A stretch of DNA of 31,836 nt from Promethearchaeia archaeon (lineage in GTDB: Archaea > Asgardarchaeota > Lokiarchaeia > Sigyniarchaeales > SOKP01), in assembly GCA_029856125.1 (NCBI GenBank), contig JAHQWJ010000076.1, forward strand, positions 1-31,836, given 5' to 3'. This document shows positions 1 through 8,172 of the stretch, one piece after another. A program made the position numbers and the translations under genes. The notes below the pieces were generated by a model. That model saw nothing but the letters and a program-made list of their open reading frames with translations, ran no database searches and was not told the DNA's origin. Numbering within the stretch: position 1 is the first letter of the stretch; the number at the start of each line of letters is the position of its first letter.

Positions 1-494
1 TCTTCATCATTCATTATTACTTCAAGAGGTTTAATTTTTTTCCTAGGACTCACCGTAAAAAGAACTAGATCCCGGAAAAGATATAGCATTGACATACCGT
101 CTCCTATAACATGAGGTATGGTTATAATTATATCTGAAAGAGATTCGGAAATTAACAATTTCACTCTAATTAATGGAGAAACGCTATTAATACCCGTTTC
201 AAACGGGATTTTGAATTCTTCTTCAACAATTTTCTTACAGAGATCATCGTGTGTTCTGGGAATAACTTCTACTGGAATCAGACCATTAACGCCCCAAATT
301 AAATGAGGTTGTCCTTCAATATCCACGTCTAAACGAGCTTGAAAGATTGGATGTTTTCTTTGTACTTTTTCTAAAGCTTTCCGGAGTAATTCATTATTTA
401 ATTGTCCTTTAATTGTAATAGCCATACATATATTATAAGGCTGCCCAATAAGCCAGTTTAAGTATTCAATTTCATTTAATTTGCGTTTGTGCAT
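1..494 (-). CDS. Condensation-domain / PapA5-like CoA-dependent acyltransferase (partial, runs off window start)
   Basis: Not in ORF track. Manual translation from ATG 494: MHKRKLNEIEYLNW...LRKALEKVQRKHPIFQARL...PLIRVKLL...IPHVIGDGMS. HxxxDG motif at 96-113; open to position 1. Confidence 0.85.
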   Translation of the reverse strand, partial: MHKRKLNEIEYLNWLIGQPYNICMAITIKGQLNNELLRKALEKVQRKHPIFQARLDVDIEGQPHLIWGVNGLIPVEVIPRTHDDLCKKIVEEEFKIPFETGINSVSPLIRVKLLISESLSDIIITIPHVIGDGMSMLYLFRDLVLFTVSPRKKIKPLEVIMNDE

Positions 495-619
495 TATATT
501 TATTATAAATAAATTTCTATTTAATAGTTATAGTTCCTCTCTTCTATTCTATTTATATATATCCAATTATAAAGCTGAAAGGAAAAATAATATAAAAAAG
601 AAAAAAAGAAATCAACTTC

Positions 620-1537
620 CTAAATGGACAGGGCTGATTGAATTATTATTGATAAGATATATACTAAGAGTGATGCGTGAAACATGGGTAAAGCTTTTAA
701 CCAATCTTTTGGCTCTTTTCCCCTCATTATCTTAATGTTAGCGACAATGATAAGTAACCATGAAACTGCGAATCCATAGGGTGCAACTCCACCTAAATCA
801 AACAATACAAATATCACAGAGGTTATAAGATGAACTGCTGAAAATAAATGAACCCATATTTTATTTCCTTTTACTCCGTATAATCCTGCAATTGTTTTAA
901 GCTCTTTTGCTTGGTCGTTCTCAATATCTACGAGATCGTTGGCTCCAAGATGAGCTAGTGCCCAAGGATACATAAAGAGAAGATAAAAGACAATTGTGAT
1001 GTTAAATTGACCAAATAGCAAATAGCCCGCAATGGGGAACAACAGCAGATCTGTTCGACCAAGAATCTGGGCAATTGGAAACTTTTGCTTCCTCTTTACC
1101 ATCTGATAAAATACTTCCATTGAGTACGCATATGCCATTATAATATAGATATAGATAAGATTTGGATAGGGGACAAAGAGGATTAAAATCACAGTGATTG
1201 CCACTAATACAACAAAAATTATGATTGCTTCTCGAAAAGAAACTTTTCCCGAAGGGATTGGTCGTTCCTTGAATGGTCGCCAGTAATTTGTTAGTGTGTT
1301 TTCCTTATCTTTTTTATCTATATTATGGTCAACAATATCGTTTAGCACCATACCTGCTTCAAAACCAAATAATCCGATAAAAATGGCTAATAGCAATAAT
1401 TCCCAAGAGAATATCCCTCCATTTCGAAAGGCTAACATCAAGCCCGAGACAAAAAGTAGAGGCCAGACCGGTGCGAAATGCGCTCTTGTGAGATCAATAT
1501 ACGCTTTAAGTTTTTCTTTAATTAACATAGATGTCAA
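620..1537 (-). CDS. UbiA-family prenyltransferase
   Basis: Two Asp-rich motifs NDIVDHNIDK...RPIPSG and NDLVDIEND...KT; about 8-9 hydrophobic segments. Confidence 0.9.
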   Translation of the reverse strand: MTSMLIKEKLKAYIDLTRAHFAPVWPLLFVSGLMLAFRNGGIFSWELLLLAIFIGLFGFEAGMVLNDIVDHNIDKKDKENTLTNYWRPFKERPIPSGKVSFREAIIIFVVLVAITVILILFVPYPNLIYIYIIMAYAYSMEVFYQMVKRKQKFPIAQILGRTDLLLFPIAGYLLFGQFNITIVFYLLFMYPWALAHLGANDLVDIENDQAKELKTIAGLYGVKGNKIWVHLFSAVHLITSVIFVLFDLGGVAPYGFAVSWLLIIVANIKIMRGKEPKDWLKALPMFHASLLVYILSIIIQSALSI

Positions 1538-1650
1538 CTTTTCTTAAATTATTTTGAATGGTACTAATTAGAGATATTCACTCTTTATAAAGAAGTTGGA
1601 GTCTTAAAGCAATTTTGAATAATTATCATAAATTTTAAAGGTTGAAACTT

Positions 1651-1681
1651 TAAAAATAAAAAAAAAAAATTAAAAAAAAAA
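1651..1681 (-). terminator. Poly-T terminator (minus strand) after response regulator
   Basis: Long A-tracts on the plus strand immediately downstream of the stop at 1684. Confidence 0.55.
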
Positions 1682-1683
1682 TG

Positions 1684-2523
1684 TTATTGCTTTAGATATT
1701 TGAATATAACATCTAAGTCGTTTAATCTGTCAATGGGTTTAAAAATAATCCCATCAGCTCCTGTATCAGTTAAGATTTCCTCTTCTTCTTTTTCGGAAAA
1801 GGCAGCGGATATTAAAATTATTGGAATTGAATTGTATTGAATGCTCGATTTTAGCATTTGGCAGAACTTGTCCCCATTTATGTTGCTGGTTTTTAAATTA
1901 ATATCAAGTAATATTGCTTTAGGAGTCAGGGTCTTAAGAACGTATAACGCTTCATCAGAAGTTTCCAGTGATTTAATATTTACACCCTTCGCTTTAAAAA
2001 AATGATCTACGGTTTTACGCTCTAACTCGTTGTCTTCGACATATAAAAGATCAATTTTTTTTACGAATCTTACTATATTTGGCTCTTCAAAATGTCGCAC
2101 CACAGAAATCTCTAAATCTTCTAGAGCACTTATTGCGTTCAAAATGCCGTCTTGAAGTTTTTCTTTATCCTCGATGTAATTGTTTAGCATTAATAGTGAA
2201 ACTTTAAGGGGCGATAGTTTTTGCTTTAATTCTTCGTGAAAGCTATTACCGATTTCGTATCCTTTAATTGCCTTTCTGATTAAATTATCAAGTTCGATTT
2301 CGTCATAACTTTGAGGATCATCATATGATTTCTTCTGAAATATAGCGATTAGGTAATCAATGCAGTAATTCACGCAATTCCTTATGATTTTTGCCTGGTT
2401 GTTTATCTTGTATTCTTCCATGAAATCTTTTAGTTTGGAGTTAAGATAAGAATCTACATAAGTATACCATTTTATGTCCTTCTTCAATTTACCTGAATTT
2501 GTATTTTCATAATCATTTGCCAT
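1684..2523 (-). CDS. Response regulator with C-terminal receiver domain and unusual N-terminal region
   Basis: REC motifs LLYVEDN, ILLDINL, PIILISA, FKP in the last ~125 aa; overlaps the upstream kinase by 11 bp. Confidence 0.88.
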   Translation of the reverse strand: MANDYENTNSGKLKKDIKWYTYVDSYLNSKLKDFMEEYKINNQAKIIRNCVNYCIDYLIAIFQKKSYDDPQSYDEIELDNLIRKAIKGYEIGNSFHEELKQKLSPLKVSLLMLNNYIEDKEKLQDGILNAISALEDLEISVVRHFEEPNIVRFVKKIDLLYVEDNELERKTVDHFFKAKGVNIKSLETSDEALYVLKTLTPKAILLDINLKTSNINGDKFCQMLKSSIQYNSIPIILISAAFSEKEEEEILTDTGADGIIFKPIDRLNDLDVIFKYLKQ

Positions 2524-3283
2524 TAAACATCACCTTCTTTTTTTTTGATAAAGGAATTAGGATCACGAAATTGCTGCCCTTTGTTGAATCTCCCTTTATA
2601 CGATTTTCAACACATATTTTTCCACCGTATAATTCTATTAATTTAGCAACTAATGATAACCCGATTCCCATGCCTTTAGACCTCCTGCTTATCATATGAG
2701 AATCTTGGAAAATGATCTCTTTTCTATCGTCATCGATACCTATCCCATTGTCTTTGAACTCGAGCTTTACATAATTCCTATAATAAATATCAATCACAGA
2801 AATTACTACTTCTACTTGGACAACTTTATTTTTATTGTAATTAATAGAATTTATAAGTATGTTTTCAAATACTTCGCTCAACAGCTCATTTGCCATAACG
2901 CAAATGAATCCGTAATCAGAGACGACCTTAATATCAATATCTTTTTTAGGAAAACTAATACGAGTAAAATTAATCGCACTTGTCAACTTAGAAAACACTT
3001 CCACAGGTTCTAAAGGCATTTCGTATTCTTCCAATTCTGAAATGTTTCTTGCGTTTCTAATTAGCTTTTTACCTCGGTTTAATTGCTGAGAAATCATTTG
3101 GAAATACTCATTGATACCTTCTGATTTTACTTCGTTTTTTAGCAACGATTCACAGAGCTCTATAGAATTACTTATTATCTGGAACAAATTTGAAATGTCG
3201 TGAATAAATAACCCTTTAAGGCACTTTGTTCTCAAATACGCATCCTGATAAACATTTTCTACATCTTGCATAATTTTTTGCAT
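2513..3283 (-). CDS. Sensor-less histidine kinase (HisKA + HATPase_c)
   Basis: H-box FIHDISNLFQ, N-box VFENILINSINY, G1 DNGIGI, G2 GMGIGLSLV; no input domain. Confidence 0.9.
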   Translation of the reverse strand: MQKIMQDVENVYQDAYLRTKCLKGLFIHDISNLFQIISNSIELCESLLKNEVKSEGINEYFQMISQQLNRGKKLIRNARNISELEEYEMPLEPVEVFSKLTSAINFTRISFPKKDIDIKVVSDYGFICVMANELLSEVFENILINSINYNKNKVVQVEVVISVIDIYYRNYVKLEFKDNGIGIDDDRKEIIFQDSHMISRRSKGMGIGLSLVAKLIELYGGKICVENRIKGDSTKGSNFVILIPLSKKKKVMFNGK

Positions 3284-3339
3284 CTTTTTGTTTTGTTTTG
3301 TGTTAATTTATATTTGTGATAAAGTTCATTAATAGTTTA

Positions 3340-3371
3340 CAATCCAGAACTTTTGTTAGAGTTTTGGATTG
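3340..3371. promoter_or_regulatory. Inverted repeat, putative operator or hairpin
   Basis: CAATCCAGAACT-N8-AGTTTTGGATTG (11/12 matching arms) about 57 bp upstream of the kinase start. Confidence 0.45.
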
Positions 3372-3638
3372 ATTTTAGACAAGGTTCATTTTTAATTAGT
3401 ATAGCTCATCTAGAGAGATTCTATTGAATTACGAGGAAAATAAAATCCTGGTCGACAATTTTCAAAAAATATTCGAGCTGAGTAGTAACAAGGGGGTTAT
3501 AGACCAGACTTCCATTAATAAGGGGCTAATTAGTTATGGAAGATATTTTTATACCTAAGATAGAAAGCATCTAATTCTAAAGTTTTATATAAGAAAAATC
3601 TAAATATATATACTAGAACATAAAAAGAATTAAATGAA

Positions 3639-4187
3639 GTGAATATCAGTTTGGAAGAAGAATCTGTAAAGAAAAAGATCAAGATAAAAGTCACAGTTAT
3701 AGGAGACGGGGGTGTAGGGAAAACATCCTTAATTCAAAAATTCACTCAAGGGAAATTTCAAACTGATTATATCAAAACTATAGGGGCACAATTCACTCAT
3801 TATGAAACGGAAATAGATGGATATAGGATTGAATTAATATTCTGGGACATCGCAGGGCAAGACAATTTTCATTTCCTACGCCCTTCTTTTTATAGATCTA
3901 GTAAAGCAGCGATTATCGTATATAGTTTAGAAGAAAATAATCTAGGGGAACGGAGTTTTGAACATATAACATCTTGGTATGAAGACGTTAAAGAATTTTG
4001 CGGGGAGATTCCTGCCGTAATCTTTGCCAACAAAGTTGACCTGATAAACGAACAGACTTTAGATAAGGAAAAGATTCAAAACCTCGTAAAGGAGCATAAT
4101 TTCCTTGGTTACTATATCACCTCGGCAAAAACAGGGCAGGGGCTTGACCACGCTTTTAATGCTTTAAGTAAAGAGATACGAAGATAA
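3639..4187 (+). CDS. Rab/Ras-like small GTPase (eukaryotic signature protein type)
   Basis: G1 GDGGVGKTS, G2 TIG, G3 WDIAGQ, G4 NKVD, G5 TSAK; no C-terminal Cys prenylation motif. Confidence 0.95.
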   Translation: MNISLEEESVKKKIKIKVTVIGDGGVGKTSLIQKFTQGKFQTDYIKTIGAQFTHYETEIDGYRIELIFWDIAGQDNFHFLRPSFYRSSKAAIIVYSLEENNLGERSFEHITSWYEDVKEFCGEIPAVIFANKVDLINEQTLDKEKIQNLVKEHNFLGYYITSAKTGQGLDHAFNALSKEIRR

Positions 4188-4427
4188 TTAAGTCTACTTT
4201 TTCCTATTTTCAAAAATTTTTTATCGACAATGTAGATATAAAAGATTACCTCTTTCTGTGATATTTCCAAACAATTTTTACTAGCCGAATCCATATTTCT
4301 ACCAGTAAAAATAAGAATTTACCGGTAAGTTTCAGTGCAACCTTTATATTCACGATTCAACAAAAGTGATTTAATCATTATCAATAATAAAGTTGATAAT
4401 GAAATTTGAGAGAAAAAAAGAAGGCAA

Positions 4428-6875
4428 ATGAAAATGAGAAGAAAAGTAGTTAAAACAAGCTTGCTGGTGATCGCGTTGATGGTATCTATGACAATCCCCA
4501 TACTCGCTGTAACAGCTAAAAAGAAAGAGTGGGTTATTGATCCAATCATTATTGATGAATTAGGAATAGGTTTGCCAGGTTTGCCAGGTTTGCCTTGGGC
4601 GGATTATGCAGATGAACCTTGGTTGAAGGGCTCTGGCACTCTTGAAGATCCGTACATGATTAAAAATGTGGTTATAGACGCTAAAGGTTCAAATTTTTTC
4701 TGTATGATGATTCTGAACTCAGATGCATATTTTAAAATAATGGATTGTACCTTCAGTAATACAGGTCCTGGGCCAGATGCTGGGAGAAATGCAGCTTTGA
4801 TATTAGCCAGTACCCAAAATGGCGTAATTTTCAAAAACGAAATCTTTGATTGCGGAAATGTAGCCGGTCAAGGAAGCGGGATAGCATTAATAGCTTCCAG
4901 TAATAATAAAGTACAAAAAAATTTCTGTCACGACAATGCAGGGCCAGGTATTTATCTTCAGTACTCCAATGATAATGTACTAAGACAGAATTTGTGCAAA
5001 AGGAATCAATGGGGTATCATGATATCAGAGGGGTCAAATAATAACGAAGTAACAAAAAATGAGTGCTACGATAACAATGAGTATGGTATATTTTTGTATC
5101 TTGAGGCAAACAACAATCTAATAACGCAAAATGAATGTAAGGATAACTTTAATTCTGGAATTATAGTGATACAGTCACATGGAAACACTATAAGCGAAAA
5201 TGATTGTAGTGTAAACGGGAATGGGATCATCATAATGTATTCTAATGGTAATGATGTTATAGATAATGTATGCTCTGAAAGTTTCCTTGAACACGGTATT
5301 CTCGTCTCGAATTGGGCTGCAGATAATACAATCGCGAGGAATAAATGCTTTAAGAACGCACGATCAGGGATTGTGTTATATAATATGGCATATAATAACA
5401 TGATAACTGGTAACCTTTGCTACGAAAACTTTGAATCGGGAACTGTTATTGATAGTTCCTTTCTAAATGCTGTGGAAAATAATCTTGTGTACGGAAATAG
5501 TTATACCGGGATGCAATTATACTACGCCGATAACAACATGATTGCCTGGAATGTTTTCACTGAAAATTATATAGGAATACAACTATTTTACTCTAATGGT
5601 AATGAAATAACGAATAATGTCTGCAATGAAAATTATGATCAAGGAATCACGGGAGAATATTCGAATGGAAACATGATAGCTGAAAATTTCTGCAGCGAAA
5701 ATGTAGGACCAGGTATTAGTTTCAGATCCTCCAATGATAATTTAATAACACTGAATTTGTGCACTGGGAGTCCATGGGGTATCCTTTTATCAATGTCGAA
5801 TAATAACGATGTAACCAAAAATGAGTGTATTGAAAATGGAGAGGGAATTGTTGTCGCTTATTATGCTAACGATAATAAAATCACGGAGAATAATTGTACT
5901 GGTAATTATGAGAACGGTGTTATTTTGGCGGTAAACGCAAATTATAACATTATTAATCAGAATAATTGCTCGGAAAATCTCCTATCTGGTATAGCACTAA
6001 TAACTTCTAGCGGTACTATTATATCAAAAAATGACTGCAATAATAATGGTGAATCTGGCATTTCTATTATCGGTTCCGATTACACCGATGCTAGAGATAA
6101 TATACTCTATGGAAATATGATCGCAGGCAACCTAAACGGTATCCATTTCTCCGAAGCGGACAAAAACGATATTTTTATGAATACAATTAAAGAGAACGAT
6201 GTGGGCATGCTAGTCGAAGGACAAAGTGAACTTAACCTCATCTTTCACAACAATTTTATAGATAATGTTGTACAGGCAGTGAATGAACGCGCAGGGCTTA
6301 ATAATTGGCATAACATCTATATGTTAGAGGGTAATTACTGGAATGATTATGAAGGCGCTGATGATGACGAGGATGGTATCGGAGATATACCGTGGCCACG
6401 GTCGGACTTTGACGTACATCCATTCATGGAAGAAAATGGTTGGGAAATTCTTACTCCTATAGAACAGGAAATACTAAATGCGCGAGCAGATCCCGATACT
6501 AATAGGTTCGGGTTCGGTCTCGTTTATCAATCTACCGAGCAAGGCTATCTAATTGTTGGATTAGGACAACTATTTTCAGAAAGGACGCATGACACCTGGA
6601 TTCCTCCCTTTACATGTCGACTATGGTTTTATCAAGTAGTAAATGGCGAAGTAGTAGAAGTAGAATCTTACTTTCAAGGAAATCTTTGGTCTTTCGAGTG
6701 GAGTACTTTCTATCAAGAACCAGTATGGGCTAATTTATATTTCTTAATAATTCCACCAAACATTATAGATCTTCCTCCCGGAGAGTATCCATTTAAATGG
6801 GGAGTTAGTTTTTATAGTGGAGGGGAGCAGCAATTTATGAATTTTACTACATCCTTTAAAATTCCCGAACCCTAA
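4428..6875 (+). CDS. Secreted right-handed parallel beta-helix protein (NosD/CASH-like)
   Basis: Signal peptide (MKMRRKVVK + hydrophobic stretch), GSGTLEDPYMI cap, >20 GIxLxxSNNNxIxxNxC repeats, closing GNYWNDY...DGIGD motif, extra C-terminal domain. Confidence 0.9.
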   Translation: MKMRRKVVKTSLLVIALMVSMTIPILAVTAKKKEWVIDPIIIDELGIGLPGLPGLPWADYADEPWLKGSGTLEDPYMIKNVVIDAKGSNFFCMMILNSDAYFKIMDCTFSNTGPGPDAGRNAALILASTQNGVIFKNEIFDCGNVAGQGSGIALIASSNNKVQKNFCHDNAGPGIYLQYSNDNVLRQNLCKRNQWGIMISEGSNNNEVTKNECYDNNEYGIFLYLEANNNLITQNECKDNFNSGIIVIQSHGNTISENDCSVNGNGIIIMYSNGNDVIDNVCSESFLEHGILVSNWAADNTIARNKCFKNARSGIVLYNMAYNNMITGNLCYENFESGTVIDSSFLNAVENNLVYGNSYTGMQLYYADNNMIAWNVFTENYIGIQLFYSNGNEITNNVCNENYDQGITGEYSNGNMIAENFCSENVGPGISFRSSNDNLITLNLCTGSPWGILLSMSNNNDVTKNECIENGEGIVVAYYANDNKITENNCTGNYENGVILAVNANYNIINQNNCSENLLSGIALITSSGTIISKNDCNNNGESGISIIGSDYTDARDNILYGNMIAGNLNGIHFSEADKNDIFMNTIKENDVGMLVEGQSELNLIFHNNFIDNVVQAVNERAGLNNWHNIYMLEGNYWNDYEGADDDEDGIGDIPWPRSDFDVHPFMEENGWEILTPIEQEILNARADPDTNRFGFGLVYQSTEQGYLIVGLGQLFSERTHDTWIPPFTCRLWFYQVVNGEVVEVESYFQGNLWSFEWSTFYQEPVWANLYFLIIPPNIIDLPPGEYPFKWGVSFYSGGEQQFMNFTTSFKIPEP
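4568..4594 (+). repeat. Perfect 9-bp tandem repeat x3 (AGGTTTGCC) encoding GLPGLPGLP
   Basis: Read directly from the sequence. Confidence 0.9.
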
Positions 6876-6879
6876 TAAC

Positions 6880-6904
6880 GGCTCATAAGAGCCAATTTTT
6901 TTTT
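6880..6904 (+). terminator. Hairpin plus poly-T terminator
   Basis: GGCTC-ATAA-GAGCC followed by a 9-T run just after the stop of the beta-helix gene. Confidence 0.7.
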
Positions 6905-6953
6905 ATTTTTGAGTGTAATATGATATTACTATTTTAAGTGTAATTAATTAAAA

Positions 6954-7328
6954 TCAATAATTCTTGGATCGAATTACATCATACCATTGATTCCAAGTAT
7001 TTAATAATTGTACAAACTTTTCTCGGGAAATTGAGTATTCCTTGAATTTACCTTTCTTAGAACTATGAATAAATTTATGTTCCTCCAAAATTCTAACATG
7101 ATGGGAGATGGAAGGTTGATTTCTATTCAAGCTTTTTTCAATATCAGAGAGGAAACATGGTTTATTATTTAATAGATTTAAAATTAAAAATCTGTCTTCA
7201 TTGCCTATGATTTCCAAACATTCTCGTAAGAACTTATAGGAGGTATTATTCTCGAAATTTTTTTTTATAGTTTTAATTTTATTCTTTGTTAATTCATCCA
7301 TGGTTTTCTTCCTATTTTCTTTTTTCAA
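6954..7328 (-). CDS. ArsR/SmtB-family HTH transcriptional regulator
   Basis: GNEDRFLILNLL...NQPSISHHVRILEE...KKGKFKEYSI. Confidence 0.9.
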   Translation of the reverse strand: MKKENRKKTMDELTKNKIKTIKKNFENNTSYKFLRECLEIIGNEDRFLILNLLNNKPCFLSDIEKSLNRNQPSISHHVRILEEHKFIHSSKKGKFKEYSISREKFVQLLNTWNQWYDVIRSKNY

Positions 7329-7343
7329 TTATTTTTCGAATAA

Positions 7344-8168
7344 TCAAGATGAGAGATTTTTAATCCAATTCTCCCATAGTTGCACGAATTCCATTATTTT
7401 TGGCTTATTTATGGAGTAATAAATATATTTTCCGCTTTTCCATCCTTTAATGAGTCCTGTTTTCTCTAATTGTTTAATGTGGTGTGAAGAGGTAGATTGA
7501 GATTTACCGATACACATCTGTATCTCATCCAATTTTAAGGGTTGAGATTTTACTATTTCTAATAGTAAAAATCTTTCAGGATTTGAGAACGATTTCAACC
7601 ATTCAACTAAATTGATTTTTTCACCAAAAACATCTATTTCAAGCATAGGATCTATGTCTTCGTTTGCTTGTTCAAGATAATTTGTTTTTTCTAAAAGATT
7701 TTTAACTTGAGAGGGTAAAATATTTTTATCTGGTTGAACCAATTGTTTAATCTGTTCAAATTTTTCATGACCTTTCTTAAGTTTATTTTTCACTTGATGA
7801 TTATACATTGCGAGTTCTATTGTAGGTAGAAGGTCATCTTCATTCGTGATAGGTTTTACGATATATCCATAAGGTTCCGATAATTTGGCTCTATTTAGGG
7901 TTTTTTTATCACTATATGCAGTTATGAATATAATGGGAATATTATAGTTTGAAGTAATAATTGCCGCTGCTTCAATTCCATCCATAGTTCCCGATAGAAT
8001 TATATCCATTAATACCAAATCAAGATTTAAATTCTTGATTTTGGAAATTGCTTCCTCTCCAGAGGAAACAATAACAATTGGATTATAGTTTAATTTTTTT
8101 AAAAGAATCGCGATTGCTTCAGCGGTAATTAATTCGTCCTCAACAATCATAACTTTTAATTGTGTCAT
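7344..8168 (-). CDS. Response regulator: N-terminal REC fused to C-terminal ArsR-type wHTH
   Basis: REC: IVEDE, VLMDI, FITAY, IVKP. ArsR: SNPERFLLLE...SQSTSSHHIKQLEKTGLI...GKYIYYSI. Confidence 0.92.
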   Translation of the reverse strand: MTQLKVMIVEDELITAEAIAILLKKLNYNPIVIVSSGEEAISKIKNLNLDLVLMDIILSGTMDGIEAAAIITSNYNIPIIFITAYSDKKTLNRAKLSEPYGYIVKPITNEDDLLPTIELAMYNHQVKNKLKKGHEKFEQIKQLVQPDKNILPSQVKNLLEKTNYLEQANEDIDPMLEIDVFGEKINLVEWLKSFSNPERFLLLEIVKSQPLKLDEIQMCIGKSQSTSSHHIKQLEKTGLIKGWKSGKYIYYSINKPKIMEFVQLWENWIKNLSS

Positions 8169-8172
8169 TTTA

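Noticed and set aside
4112-4294. 60-aa minus ORF with a GIY-YIG-like YIYIV...KIGKS pattern
   Set aside because: Too short, overlaps the GTPase 3' end, and lacks the rest of the domain.
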